Shown: positions 1-10,094, counted from the stretch's first letter. The stretch is 64,000 nucleotides of DNA from an uncultured Chloroflexia bacterium (GCA_963813535.1 CAWEZH010000002.1:1088001-1152000), one strand, 5' to 3'. Notes: a model not told the origin generated them from the letters alone. A program made the numbers and translations.

Positions 1-548
1 TTGCCGAACTCGATGACGTGCTCGCGGGCGCCGTCGAGATCGGGCGGCTTCGGGCGACGGAAATTGCGGATGCGACCACGCTCGAGCGGGCCTGTGGGTG
101 TCGACGCGCGCGGCATCTCGCTCTGCGCGCGTTCGCCGCGCAGAGGCGGCTGCCCGCGCAGCCCGTTGTCGGGGTTCGGATACGGCCCGCCCGGAGAGCG
201 CGGGAGCGTCTGATTCCGCGGTCGGTAGGTCGCGGTCGTGTCCACCCGGCCGGTGACCGGCCGCGACGGCCGGGGGACAGGCGGGCCGCCGCGGCGCGGG
301 CTGCCATCGGCGCCCAGGTCGGCGGCCGGTCCCGCACCTTGCCGCTCGGTGGCCATGTCACGGATCAGCGCCGCATAGGCGTCGTTGATCTCGGCCATCT
401 GTCGCGTCGCGACCTGCGATGCGGCCGGGTCGTCACCGGTGAGGTCAGGGTGGTGCGCGCGGGCCAGGCGCCGCCAGGCGGCCTTGATCTCTGCGGCGTC
501 TGCGCCATGCGCGACGCCGAGCACGCCATAGGGGTCGCGTTTCGGCAC
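1..548 (-). CDS. J-domain (DnaJ-like) protein, 3' end runs off the window
   Basis: Not in the ORF track. Manual translation from GTG 548: MPKRDPYGVLGVAHGADAAEIKAAWRRLARAHHPDLTG..MAEINDAYAAL (HPD motif), open to base 1, ending ..VIEFG. Confidence 0.85.
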   Translation of the reverse strand, partial: MPKRDPYGVLGVAHGADAAEIKAAWRRLARAHHPDLTGDDPAASQVATRQMAEINDAYAALIRDMATERQGAGPAADLGADGSPRRGGPPVPRPSRPVTGRVDTTATYRPRNQTLPRSPGGPYPNPDNGLRGQPPLRGERAQSEMPRASTPTGPLERGRIRNFRRPKPPDLDGAREHVIEFG

Positions 549-622
549 CTCCGAAGTGTACCGACGGCCGGCACCCACCCGATGCGGGACATGCCGACAT
601 CGCGTACCGTCCTGTACCACCG

Positions 623-1747
623 ATGGGTGCCGTCACTCGAGCCGGAGTCGCCGCCGCGATCGCCGCCGCGCAGGTAGGACTCGCGTACCGGTTCGCGCTC
701 GCGTACCGGGCACGGGCCGGCTATCCGCGCCGATTTCCGCCGACCATCCTGCCGACCGATGTCGGCCTGGCGTACGAGTCGATGTCCGTCCGGTCCCTGA
801 CCGGCGACCTCGAGCTTCCGGCATGGTTCATCCCGGCCCGGTCGGGCGAGCCGGGGCCGGGCGTCGCGCTGATCCACGGCTGGGAGTCGGCGCGCGACCG
901 GACGCTGCCGCTGGCGCTCTTCCTCCACGCCGCCGGCTTCCATTGCCTCACGATCGACATCCGCGGCCACGGGGCAAACCCGGCCGAGGCCCTGCCGTTG
1001 AGCGCCGGCGAATTCGGACTCGACGCAGCCGCGGCCTTCGAGGCGCTGATCGGCCGGCCCGAGGTGACGAGCGGTGCGATCGCCGGTCACTCCATGGGGG
1101 CGATCGGGGCGATCCTCGCCGGGGCGGCCGATCCGCGCGTCGCTGCGATCGTCGCGACCTCCGCCCCGGCCGACCCCTACAGGCTCACGCGGCAGACGTT
1201 CCGGCTGGCGCGGCTGCCGATCCCCGATCCGATCGCGTACCCGCTCGCCTGGCTCACGACCCGCGTCTATCTCCGACCGCGGCGTCACGTCGTTGCCGAG
1301 ATCAGCGCGAGCGCGGCGATCGCGCGATACGCGGGTCCGATCCTGTTGATCCATGGCGCGGTCGACGATGTCGTGCCTGTCGCACACCTGGCCCGGCTGG
1401 CCACGGCGGCGCGGCGAGTGCGCGTGGCGGATCCGGAGGCGGCTCCGGTCGAGACGCTTGTCGTGCCCGAGGGCCAGCATTCGTGGCTCTACGAGGACGC
1501 GGGGTACCGGGTTGCGGTCGCCCGGTTCCTGACGACGGCGCTCGGCGGGCCGCTCGATCCGGAGGAAGCAGCGTCGATCGCCGCGGCAACGCGCGCTGAC
1601 CGCGTGCCGGCCGCCGAGGAACGACTGTCGGCGGTCGACACGGTGCCGGGCGGCTTCCAGACGTTGATCCGGGTGGCCCTACCGGGGGCGACGAAGCGGC
1701 TCGATGCCGACGCCCTCGCCGCGGCCGACGAGCCAGGGCTCGGCTGA
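623..1747 (+). CDS. alpha/beta hydrolase
   Basis: IHGW, DIRGHG, GHSMG nucleophile elbow, HGAVDDVVP, GQH. Confidence 0.9.
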   Translation: MGAVTRAGVAAAIAAAQVGLAYRFALAYRARAGYPRRFPPTILPTDVGLAYESMSVRSLTGDLELPAWFIPARSGEPGPGVALIHGWESARDRTLPLALFLHAAGFHCLTIDIRGHGANPAEALPLSAGEFGLDAAAAFEALIGRPEVTSGAIAGHSMGAIGAILAGAADPRVAAIVATSAPADPYRLTRQTFRLARLPIPDPIAYPLAWLTTRVYLRPRRHVVAEISASAAIARYAGPILLIHGAVDDVVPVAHLARLATAARRVRVADPEAAPVETLVVPEGQHSWLYEDAGYRVAVARFLTTALGGPLDPEEAASIAAATRADRVPAAEERLSAVDTVPGGFQTLIRVALPGATKRLDADALAAADEPGLG

Positions 1748-1750
1748 ATC

Positions 1751-2296
1751 GTGTCCGACGAGACGACCAGGGCCACCTCCGTCTGGGACGCGGTCATGTC
1801 GCGGCGGGTGATCCGCCGCTTCGCCGACCGCCCGTTGGAGGACGCCCACCTGGACCGGATCCTGCAGGCCGGTCGACGCGCCAACAGCTCGAAGAACCAG
1901 CAGCGCTGGGCATTCATCGTGTGCCGCGACCGGGAGCATCTGCGGCAACTGGCCGACGTCGGGCCGTGGGCCGGCCACCTTGCCGGCGCCGCGGTCGGGA
2001 TCGCGCTCGTGACGCCCGACCCGAAGCTGACGGATGCGCCGCTGTCGGTGATGTTCGACTTGGGGCAGGCGGCCGATTCGATGATGCTCGTGGCCTGGGA
2101 GCTCGGGATCGGCAGCGTGCCCGCGACCGTCTACAAGCACGATCTGGTGCGGGAACTGCTGGGGTATCCGGAGGATCACCACTGCGAGTTCCTGCTGTCG
2201 TTCGGGTATCCGGCCGACCAGGCCGACCTGGAGAGGCCGTTGCGGGCTGGCGGGCGTGTGCCGCTTGGCGAGCTCGTCCACGAGGAGCGCTGGTAG
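1751..2296 (+). CDS. nitroreductase family protein
   Basis: SRRVIRRF, SSKNQQRWAF, LGIGSVP, SFGYP motifs. Confidence 0.9.
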   Translation: MSDETTRATSVWDAVMSRRVIRRFADRPLEDAHLDRILQAGRRANSSKNQQRWAFIVCRDREHLRQLADVGPWAGHLAGAAVGIALVTPDPKLTDAPLSVMFDLGQAADSMMLVAWELGIGSVPATVYKHDLVRELLGYPEDHHCEFLLSFGYPADQADLERPLRAGGRVPLGELVHEERW

Positions 2297-2432
2297 CGGG
2301 CGTCAGCGGCGGGCGGCCCGGCGGGTGCGAGGCGCCGCCGGCCGGCCCCAACGTGTCCCGACCATGAAGTACGTGGATCAGGGCAGCCTTATGGCGCGCC
2401 ACCGAGCCCGTAGGGGCGCCAGACCGGCTTCG

Positions 2433-2717
2433 GATCCTGCGCAACGCGGCCACCGGACTACGTTATGCATGGACGACGGCCAGATTGTCGCCATTAGGTG
2501 CTGCTGAGCCGCGTTATGCAGGTTCGCCGGTCACCCGGTGACCGAACCGACCACCGAACCTGTGCCGACCGCCGCCTCGGGGTCCCGTTCGGTCATGGGG
2601 TGACCAGGCCAACGAACGAGAGCCGCTCGCCGACCGTTCAGGCGCCCGTTCGGTCACGGGGTGACCAGATCGACCGATGAGCGCCGGTTCGGGCGCCCGT
2701 TCGGTCACGGGGTGACC
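2433..2717. repeat. intergenic palindromic (REP/MITE-like) repeat cluster
   Basis: CCCGTTCGGTCAYGGGGTGACC at 2584, 2645 and 2696, plus an inverted copy at 2529-2549. Separate imperfect inverted repeat at 2433-2450/2508-2525. Confidence 0.75.
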
Positions 2718-2739
2718 GGCCGACCGAGACTGACCGGCC

Positions 2740-3834
2740 CTACTGCCAGCGGAACGTCTTGGACGCGATCGCGAAACAGGCGACCAGCCAGGCCAGCAGG
2801 ACCCCCGCGCACACCGCCAGCGGAGCGAACGCCGCGCCGCCGACCATGACCTGGCGAAGCGCATCGGCCAGATAGGTCAGCGGGATGAGGCGCGCGATCG
2901 CGCGCAGGAATTCGGGCATCGCCTCGAGCGGGAAGAACGTGCCGGACAGGAACATCATCGGGAACTGCACGACGCTGGTCATGCCGTTGGCCGCCTCCTC
3001 GGTCTTGGCGAACGAGGCGATCACGTAGCCGAGTGCCAGGAAGGCCATCGCGCCCAGCGCGATGAACGCCGCCGCCAGCAGGAGCGACCCCACGATCTCG
3101 ACCCCGAAAACGGCCACCCCGACACCGACGATGATCACCGCCTGGATCAACGCGATCAGCAGCCGCATCAAGACGTTCGATCCGACCAGCTGCCAGCGCC
3201 GCAGCGGCGTCGCGGCGAGCCGTTTCAGGATCAGCTTCTCGCGGTCGGCCACCAGTGGGATCGCCGCGAAGATGCCGACCTGCATGACCGACAGGCCGAG
3301 CATGCTCGGTACGAAGTAGCTGATGAAGTTGAGGTTCTCCGTCTGGAGCGTCTCCGGCTGCGGGACGACGAGCGGTGCCCGACCGCCCAGGTTCACCACG
3401 CCGAGCACGGCCTGGACCGACTGATAGACCGACGCGACGAGTTCCCCGCGTGACGGGTCGGTGTAGACGACCACGGGCGTCGGTCCACCCGTCCCAGCGG
3501 CGCCAGCGGCGATCGCCGTGCCGTAGCCGGCAGGAACGAGGATGACCGCGTCGGGATCCCCGTCTCGCATGCGGGCCAGGGCATCGTCCTTCGATGCGTC
3601 GACCAGCTCCGTTCCTTCTTGCGCCGTGAACGCCTCGCGAAGCTGGGCCGAGGCCGGCGTCCCGTCCTCGTCGACCCAGCCGAGCGTCAGCCGGGTCTGA
3701 CCGCCACCCTCCTGGAAGATGAACCCGAACATGAAGATGAAGATCAGCGGGAACGCCAGCGTCCAGAAGAGCGCCGCTCGGTCGCGCAGGTAGCTCTTGA
3801 TGTTGGCGACGGTGAGGGCGAACAGTGCCTGCAT
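2740..3834 (-). CDS. ABC-2 type transporter permease
   Basis: Multi-TM; LFWTLAFP, REKLILKRL, MFLSGTFFP, LIPLTY. Confidence 0.93.
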   Translation of the reverse strand: MQALFALTVANIKSYLRDRAALFWTLAFPLIFIFMFGFIFQEGGGQTRLTLGWVDEDGTPASAQLREAFTAQEGTELVDASKDDALARMRDGDPDAVILVPAGYGTAIAAGAAGTGGPTPVVVYTDPSRGELVASVYQSVQAVLGVVNLGGRAPLVVPQPETLQTENLNFISYFVPSMLGLSVMQVGIFAAIPLVADREKLILKRLAATPLRRWQLVGSNVLMRLLIALIQAVIIVGVGVAVFGVEIVGSLLLAAAFIALGAMAFLALGYVIASFAKTEEAANGMTSVVQFPMMFLSGTFFPLEAMPEFLRAIARLIPLTYLADALRQVMVGGAAFAPLAVCAGVLLAWLVACFAIASKTFRWQ

Positions 3835-3836
3835 CG

Positions 3837-4772
3837 TCAGTCCCGCAGCGCCCGGCCGGTCAGGTCGAGGAACACGTCCTCGAGCGTGGCGCGCCTGATC
3901 CCCAGGTTCCGCAGCTCCAGCCCTCGCGAATCCGCGAGGTCCAGCAACGCACCGATCGTTCGACCGGGATCGAGGGTGTACAGAAGGATCTCGCTGGCAT
4001 CCTCCTTGACGGAGGACACGGCCGGCAGGCTGCCAAGCTCATCGTGGGCCAGCCCCTCCAGCCGGTCGAACCGCACGGTCCGCTCCTGGAAGTGCTTCGA
4101 GACCAGCTCCTCGACCGTGCCCATCTCGAGGATCCGCCCGTGGTCCATGATCGCAAGGCGGTCACACAGGATCTCCGCCTCTTCCATGTAATGCGTCGTC
4201 AGCAGGACCGAACGCCCGTCGGCCTTGAGCCCTTCGACGATGTCCCACAGTGATCGACGCGCCGCCGGGTCCAACCCGGTGGTCGGTTCGTCGAGGAAGA
4301 CCAGCTCGGGATCGTTGATCAACGACAGCGCGACGGCAAGGCGCTGGCGCTGGCCACCCGACAGCACCTCGCTGCGAGCGTTGCGTCGCTCGCCGAGCTC
4401 CATGACGTCGATGATCTCCTGCGTGGACCGCGCGCGTGGATAGAAGCTCCGGAACAGGTTCACGAGCTCGGTCACCGTCAGCTTCGGGTAGAGGGCGGCG
4501 GTCTGGAGGCTGACCCCGATGCGCGGCTTGAGCGCATCGGCGCCGCGGGTGACGTCCACGCCGAGGACGCTGACCTCTCCCCCGTCCGGCTTGCGCAGCC
4601 CCTCGAGGATCTCGACGGTCGTGGTCTTGCCCGCACCGTTCGGACCGAGGAGGCCGAAGATCTCGCCCTTCGCCACCTCGAAATCGATGCCCGCCACCGC
4701 CTGGACGTCGCCATAGCGCTTGGTCAGACCGTGGACCCGGATGACGGGTCCGGCGTCGATGGTGGCGCTCAT
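3837..4772 (-). CDS. ABC transporter ATP-binding protein
   Basis: GPNGAGKTT, LSGGQRQR, LDEPTTGLD; start set at MSATIDAG. Confidence 0.95.
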   Translation of the reverse strand: MSATIDAGPVIRVHGLTKRYGDVQAVAGIDFEVAKGEIFGLLGPNGAGKTTTVEILEGLRKPDGGEVSVLGVDVTRGADALKPRIGVSLQTAALYPKLTVTELVNLFRSFYPRARSTQEIIDVMELGERRNARSEVLSGGQRQRLAVALSLINDPELVFLDEPTTGLDPAARRSLWDIVEGLKADGRSVLLTTHYMEEAEILCDRLAIMDHGRILEMGTVEELVSKHFQERTVRFDRLEGLAHDELGSLPAVSSVKEDASEILLYTLDPGRTIGALLDLADSRGLELRNLGIRRATLEDVFLDLTGRALRD

Positions 4773-4815
4773 CGCCGTCGATGCTGGCACATCGGCGTGG
4801 ACTTCGTCGCGACCC

Positions 4816-6144
4816 TTACGGTGCCGGTTCCTCCTCCGGGACCTCCTCCCATGCTCCGGACCAGTCGATATCGAGTGCGATCGAGGTCGCATCGGTCGGC
4901 CCGTCTCCCTCGGGCGCGGGCGCACCCAGCGTGAGGTACGCCGCCATGGCCGCTTCCAGTCCGACGTCCTCGCCGGCCGCCTCGGACCGGATCCATTTCT
5001 CCTCGAGCACGTCGCAGTACGCCTGCAACGGGTCGCGTCCCGTGCCGATCGCCGGGACGAGGCGCGCGAGGCTCGGCTCGAGGACCTCGCCGACCCAGCG
5101 ATCCGCCCCGACCGTCTCGGGCAGCTCGTCGCCGAGCTGGTGCTCGAGCCACGCGCGGTACTCGTGGAGGTCGTTGAGCAACAGGCGAGCCTGGCCTTCG
5201 AGCGCCTTGATGCCGGTCAGCCGCTCGAGCTCCCGCGCGTGGAACCGGCGGTTCGCGACGGCGATCCTGAGACGCACGATGTCGCGCCGGCCGCGGCTCG
5301 GCTCCAGCGAGATCTCATCGACCGCGAAACCAAGCTCGTTCAACTTGCGGATCCGGGCACGGACCGCGTGCCGGTCGCCGGGCGACAGCTCCGGCTCGAG
5401 GTGGAGCTCGTCCCAGATCGCCGCGTAGCGTTCGCGAACGCTCTCGGCCGCTTCGACAGCATCCTCGGCAGCACCCTCTCGCCCTTGCATCGCGCCGAGG
5501 TCGGCAAGACCGAAGGCCACGTTCTCGACGAGGATGTCGAGGTCGTACGTGCGCTGCCCGTCCGACAGTGACGGGTGGATCTCGCTGGTCTCGGCGTCGA
5601 CGAGGAAGGCCTGGATCTTGTCGCCGTCGCGCCGGAACAGGGTGTTGGCAAGCGAGCAATCGCCCCAGTAGACGCCGGCCCGATGCAGATCGACCAGCAG
5701 CCACGCCATCGCATCGAGCAGCCGGTCGCGATACGGTCCCGGTCCGAGCGGGAAGCGCATCAGCAGCCGGCGGTACTGGATCGAGAACTCCAGGTACTCG
5801 GTGGCCAGCACCGCCGTCTGCCGTTCCAGTGACTCGACGAGTCCGAGCGGGATGACCGCCGGGAACCCGAGGGTCCGCAGGTGCCGCAGGACGTGGAACT
5901 CGCTGCGTGCGACGTCGAGCGGCTCCTCCTTGAGGGCATAGGTCCGATCGGCCGCCATGAGGAACCGGACGAGGTGCCGGGACGGACCGATCGGGAGCTG
6001 TCGAAGTTGCATCCCGCCGATCGTCCCGTCCTCGGCGACGGGCCACTCGCCAAGGGGCAGCTCCCAGGGAAGGTCGAGCAGCTCGGCGGCGCCACCGCGG
6101 AGGCGAAGCCGCGGGAACGCGGACGCTGGGTCTGGCGCCGTCAG
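4816..6144 (-). CDS. DUF4032-domain / LPS-kinase-like protein
   Basis: GPSRHLVRF, YWGDCSLANTLFRRDG, LVDAET. The frame stays open upstream of ATG 6012 through LLDLPWELPLGEWP; start inferred at CTG 6144. Confidence 0.8.
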   Translation of the reverse strand: MTAPDPASAFPRLRLRGGAAELLDLPWELPLGEWPVAEDGTIGGMQLRQLPIGPSRHLVRFLMAADRTYALKEEPLDVARSEFHVLRHLRTLGFPAVIPLGLVESLERQTAVLATEYLEFSIQYRRLLMRFPLGPGPYRDRLLDAMAWLLVDLHRAGVYWGDCSLANTLFRRDGDKIQAFLVDAETSEIHPSLSDGQRTYDLDILVENVAFGLADLGAMQGREGAAEDAVEAAESVRERYAAIWDELHLEPELSPGDRHAVRARIRKLNELGFAVDEISLEPSRGRRDIVRLRIAVANRRFHARELERLTGIKALEGQARLLLNDLHEYRAWLEHQLGDELPETVGADRWVGEVLEPSLARLVPAIGTGRDPLQAYCDVLEEKWIRSEAAGEDVGLEAAMAAYLTLGAPAPEGDGPTDATSIALDIDWSGAWEEVPEEEPAP

Positions 6145-6587
6145 AGCTTCTTCCGCAGATACGCCGCGATCGACGCGTCGTAGCCCATCGATTCGTACAG
6201 CTTGCGGGCCTCCGGTCGGTGGTGGCCCGAGGTCACCTCGATGAACGCCGCCCCGAGCTCACCAGCGATCCGCTCCGCCTCGGTCATGAGTCGATGACCG
6301 ACACCGCGCTCACGCGCGCCGGCATCGACGACGAGCGCCAGGACACGCAGGATCCGGTCGTCGTGCTCGAACCGAGGCAACGCATGGAGGGCGATGAACC
6401 CGAGGACGACGCCCTCGTGCTCGGCGATCACCACCCGGGAGTGCTCGGACGCGAAGCGAGTCATGCGCTCCACGATGTCGCTCGGGCCGGTCGGGTAGCC
6501 CTCGTCGGTGAACAACGTGGCGATGGCTTCGGCATCGGTGGCCTGCGCCGGCCGGATCGTGACGGTGGGGTCGGTCGTCTCGGTCAT
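6141..6587 (-). CDS. GNAT family N-acetyltransferase
   Basis: IRPA, LVVDAGARERGVGHRL, ARKLYESMGY. Confidence 0.9.
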   Translation of the reverse strand: MTETTDPTVTIRPAQATDAEAIATLFTDEGYPTGPSDIVERMTRFASEHSRVVIAEHEGVVLGFIALHALPRFEHDDRILRVLALVVDAGARERGVGHRLMTEAERIAGELGAAFIEVTSGHHRPEARKLYESMGYDASIAAYLRKKL

Positions 6588-7000
6588 GGCTCGATGGTAG
6601 CGGCCGTCAGCACGAGCCGGAACGGGCCGTGCGTGGCGTGGCCCGGCGCAAGGAGCTCGGGGCCGAGCGGACCCGGACGACCGGGTGCAGCGGGAGCGGT
6701 CCCGTACGACCACGTCGCCGCCCATCCCTCGCCATTCCGGGCCAGGAAGGCGGCCAGACGTCCTTCGGTGTCAGGTTCGAGCAGCACGATCCAGTCGGCG
6801 TCCGGCTCGTCGGCGGCGGCGACGCCGGCGCCGGTGGCGCCTGCCCGGACATCGACTCGTGCTCGATGGCAGCGCGCGCCCAGGGCGTCGGATCGCTCAG
6901 CCGCCTCGAACGCGACGCCCGATGCCAGGAGGTGGCGCATCTCCACCGCCGCTCGGTCGAGATCGACCGTCGCCCATCCTCGTCCGACAGCCCGGCTCAT
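6584..7000 (-). CDS. hypothetical protein (VOC/glyoxalase-like fragment)
   Basis: ATGA overlaps with both neighbours; LLEPDTEGRLAAFLARNGEG resembles methylmalonyl-CoA epimerase/VOC. Confidence 0.6.
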   Translation of the reverse strand: MSRAVGRGWATVDLDRAAVEMRHLLASGVAFEAAERSDALGARCHRARVDVRAGATGAGVAAADEPDADWIVLLEPDTEGRLAAFLARNGEGWAATWSYGTAPAAPGRPGPLGPELLAPGHATHGPFRLVLTAATIEP

Positions 7001-7848
7001 CCGACCAGGAGCATGTCGGGTCCCGGATCGCCGCTCATCACGAACCCGAGACCTTCGTAGAGGCGCCGCGCGGGGACGTTCTCGGAGAACACGCCCAGAT
7101 GGATCCACTCGGACCCCTCCGCCGCGGCATCGACCATCGCCGATGCGGTGACGAACCGGCCCAGACCCAGTCCGCGAGCGGCGTCGACGGTGCCGATCGA
7201 GGACAGGTAGGAGATGCCATCGAACGTCGCCTTCCTGGCCACCGCAACCGGACGTCCGTCGCGACGCACAAGGTAATGGGTGAACCGGTCATCGGCCAGC
7301 GACATCCGCGTCTCGGCGACGACTGCCGGCCGGCGGTCCTCGCCCACGCCGAATGCGTTCAGCAGCACCGATACGATCGCCTCGGCGGCGTGCTGCGCGT
7401 CCCTGCCCGAGGTCGCGTGCAGTCGTTGCAGCGTCGTGTCCGGGCCGAGCGCTATCGCTCGCAGCGCGGCACGTGCCGGTTCGACGTCCCGGGCCACCAG
7501 CAGCAGGCCATCGCCGACATCCTCGAACCCGTTGGCCAGCAGACGAGCGACCAGATCGGCCGGCTCGTCGTGCGGTGGCGATGTCCAGAAATGCGGCTGC
7601 CGGCCGATCGTCGCGAACAGCACACCGACCTCCGCGAGGCGGCGGTCGAACGCCGTCGGGTCGACCGGCCACTGGATGGCTTCGACGCGGTTCCAGAATG
7701 GCTCCGGCTCATCGGCATCGTGGAGCAGCAGCGAGTCGCCCAGGTCGCGCAGGGTGCGCCCGTGGATCGCATGGACCTCAGCCTCGTGGCGGAGTAGCCT
7801 GCGAACGGTCGTGGCGTCGATCCGGGGGTCGAGCGCGCCGGAGCTCAC
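6997..7848 (-). CDS. GNAT family N-acetyltransferase
   Basis: YLSSIGTVDAARGLGLG, NVPARRLYEGLGF; GTG start inferred. Confidence 0.85.
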   Translation of the reverse strand: MSSGALDPRIDATTVRRLLRHEAEVHAIHGRTLRDLGDSLLLHDADEPEPFWNRVEAIQWPVDPTAFDRRLAEVGVLFATIGRQPHFWTSPPHDEPADLVARLLANGFEDVGDGLLLVARDVEPARAALRAIALGPDTTLQRLHATSGRDAQHAAEAIVSVLLNAFGVGEDRRPAVVAETRMSLADDRFTHYLVRRDGRPVAVARKATFDGISYLSSIGTVDAARGLGLGRFVTASAMVDAAAEGSEWIHLGVFSENVPARRLYEGLGFVMSGDPGPDMLLVG

Positions 7849-7929
7849 GAAACCGCCCGACCGATCGCGGCGTACCGTCCCGCGAACCCCAGAGACCGAC
7901 CTCGGACCCGGAAACACGAGGAGACGCAT

Positions 7930-8370
7930 ATGTCCCGGACCATCCCCCTGGCCGTCGCGGCCACACTCCTGCTCATCGTGTCGGCCTGCTCTGGCGGCAC
8001 CGCTTCGACCGCAGCCCCTGTCAGTGAGGCACCAGCCAGTGTCGCGCCTGCCGGCGGATCCCCGGCCGCGTCCGAGAGTGCCGCAGGCGGGGCTGCCTGC
8101 GCGCCGTCGACCGAGGCCGGGACCGTGACCGGCACGATGGCGAACTTCGCCTTCAGCCCGGCGACCATCGCGGCCAAGGTCGGTGATGTCGTGACCTGGA
8201 CGAACAACGACACCACTGCGCACACCGCGACGGTGAAGTCGGACGAGACGTGCACCACCGAGAACCTCGCCAGTGGGGCGACGGGGAGCATCGTGTTCAA
8301 CGTGGCCGGCTCATACGACTTCTTCTGCAAGATCCACCCGAACATGACCGGCAAGGTCGAGGTCAGCTGA
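7930..8370 (+). CDS. cupredoxin/plastocyanin-like lipoprotein
   Basis: Lipobox VSAC; VTWTN..HT, FFCKIHPNMTG copper site. Confidence 0.9.
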   Translation: MSRTIPLAVAATLLLIVSACSGGTASTAAPVSEAPASVAPAGGSPAASESAAGGAACAPSTEAGTVTGTMANFAFSPATIAAKVGDVVTWTNNDTTAHTATVKSDETCTTENLASGATGSIVFNVAGSYDFFCKIHPNMTGKVEVS

Positions 8371-8379
8371 CCGCGAACG

Positions 8380-9393
8380 TCAGGCGGGCCGCTCGGCAAG
8401 GAACACCGACGCGCCCGACGGCAGACCGATGACCGCGGGGGCCGGCAGACCGGCCTCCGCGAACCACGCCAGGAACCGCTCGCGTGTCGCGAGCGCGGTG
8501 CCCTGATACAGCTCGTCCAGCTGGACGCCGGCGATGAGCTCACCGTGGCGCGTGCGGAACTCGTCCGCATTCGACGGCAACGGCCAGTCGAGCACGACGA
8601 TCCGACCGCCCGGTCGTAGCGCGCCCCATGCGGCCGCAAGGACCGTGGGCGCGTCATGGAGCTGGTGCAGGGCGTACTGGAAGTAGGCGAGGTCGTACTC
8701 GCCGACGTGACCCGGATGGGTCGCCTTGCCGTGACGGATCTCGATGCGGTCGGCGAGCCCCTCGGCCTCGATGGTTGCCCGCGCTCGGGCGACGGAGTCG
8801 GCCTCGAATTCGACGCCGACGAGCTCGATCTCCGGGAAGCGGCGGGCCATCGCGACGAGCCAGCGGCCGCCACCGCAGTGGATGTCGACCACGCGACCGC
8901 CGCGCGACAGGTCGCCGACGAGCTGGGGCATCGCGGCGAGGACCTCCTGGAAGAACACCGCGATGTCCTGGCGGGTCAGCCGCTCGATCGCCGCACGATA
9001 GCGGTCGGGTCGATCCGTGATCGGCTGGCCCGACCGGAAGAAGTCCTCCATGCCGCCCCAGTCCATCGAGGCGACGACGGCGTGCACGAACTGGCCTCCA
9101 AGGAACTCGCCGCGCTGATCGTCGAGGAGGATCGCGGCGACGTCCTCATCGATCGTCAACCGATCGTCGTCGAAGGTCGTGAGGTCGTGCGCATCGGACG
9201 CCCATGACCACGCGGCGATGGCCGCCGGGTGCGTGCTCGTGGCCCCCGCCAGGTCGGTCGGACTGATCCCGCCCGCGCCCGCTTCGCGGATCCGTGCGAA
9301 GAGCCCGAGCTCGATGCCCAGGTAGATCAGCCACGCACGGTAGAAGCCGCCGAGGCTCGCGATCAGGTCGTCGAAGCGGTCCTCGTGGCCCAT
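8380..9393 (-). CDS. class I SAM-dependent methyltransferase with N-terminal winged helix
   Basis: VVDIHCGGG, YALH, ALRPGGRIVVLD. Confidence 0.85.
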   Translation of the reverse strand: MGHEDRFDDLIASLGGFYRAWLIYLGIELGLFARIREAGAGGISPTDLAGATSTHPAAIAAWSWASDAHDLTTFDDDRLTIDEDVAAILLDDQRGEFLGGQFVHAVVASMDWGGMEDFFRSGQPITDRPDRYRAAIERLTRQDIAVFFQEVLAAMPQLVGDLSRGGRVVDIHCGGGRWLVAMARRFPEIELVGVEFEADSVARARATIEAEGLADRIEIRHGKATHPGHVGEYDLAYFQYALHQLHDAPTVLAAAWGALRPGGRIVVLDWPLPSNADEFRTRHGELIAGVQLDELYQGTALATRERFLAWFAEAGLPAPAVIGLPSGASVFLAERPA

Positions 9394-9491
9394 GGCCGCG
9401 ATTGTCGCATGGGCCCGGACCGGTCCGGCTGGCTGCGGCGGTACCGTGGCGGTGTGCAACGGATGCGGCAGACGTGCGGTTCTACCCGGTG

Positions 9492-10094
9492 ATGGATGCC
9501 GACGATCGACTGACCAGCGACCTGGCCGACGACCTCGACCGCGCGTTCGACGCGATGGTCGTGGCCCACCAGGATCGCCTGTACACCATCGCCTTGCGCA
9601 TGCTCGGCGACGCTGGAGATGCCGAAGAAGCCGCCCAGGACGCGCTCGTCCGGGCGTACCGAGCGCTGGCCTCCTACGACCGAGCGCGGATCCTCGAGCT
9701 TCGGCTGCGAGGGTGGCTCACGACGATCGTCCTGAACCGCTGTCGGTCGGTAGCGGCGCGACGCGCGACCCGGGGGCCGAGGCCGGTCTCGATCGACGGC
9801 GATCCGGATCGCCCGGCCATCGAACCCGAGGCGCCCGACAGGGGGTCTCCAACCGAGGTGGCCGAGCGCCATCTCGAGCGTGATCGGTGGGCAGCCCGCC
9901 TCGTCGCGCTGCCTGCCCAGTACCGAACGGCCATCGTGCTCCGCCATGTCGACGGGATGTCGTATCCGGAAGCCGCCGCCGTCCTCGGTCGACCGGAAGG
10001 GACCGTGAAGGCCCAGGTCCACCGTGGGATCGCCCTGTTACGAACCATGCTCGAGGCGGAGGCCCGCCGCGAGCCCGAGGAGATGAGCGCATGA
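9492..10094 (+). CDS. ECF RNA polymerase sigma factor
   Basis: DAEEAAQDALVRAY, GWLTTIVLN, MSYPEAAAVLGRPEGTVKAQVHRG. Confidence 0.93.
   Translation: MDADDRLTSDLADDLDRAFDAMVVAHQDRLYTIALRMLGDAGDAEEAAQDALVRAYRALASYDRARILELRLRGWLTTIVLNRCRSVAARRATRGPRPVSIDGDPDRPAIEPEAPDRGSPTEVAERHLERDRWAARLVALPAQYRTAIVLRHVDGMSYPEAAAVLGRPEGTVKAQVHRGIALLRTMLEAEARREPEEMSA

Noticed and set aside
2584-2717. Mini-CRISPR array
   Set aside because: Only three 22-bp units, unequal and partly similar spacers, an inverted fourth copy, and no cas genes or leader.
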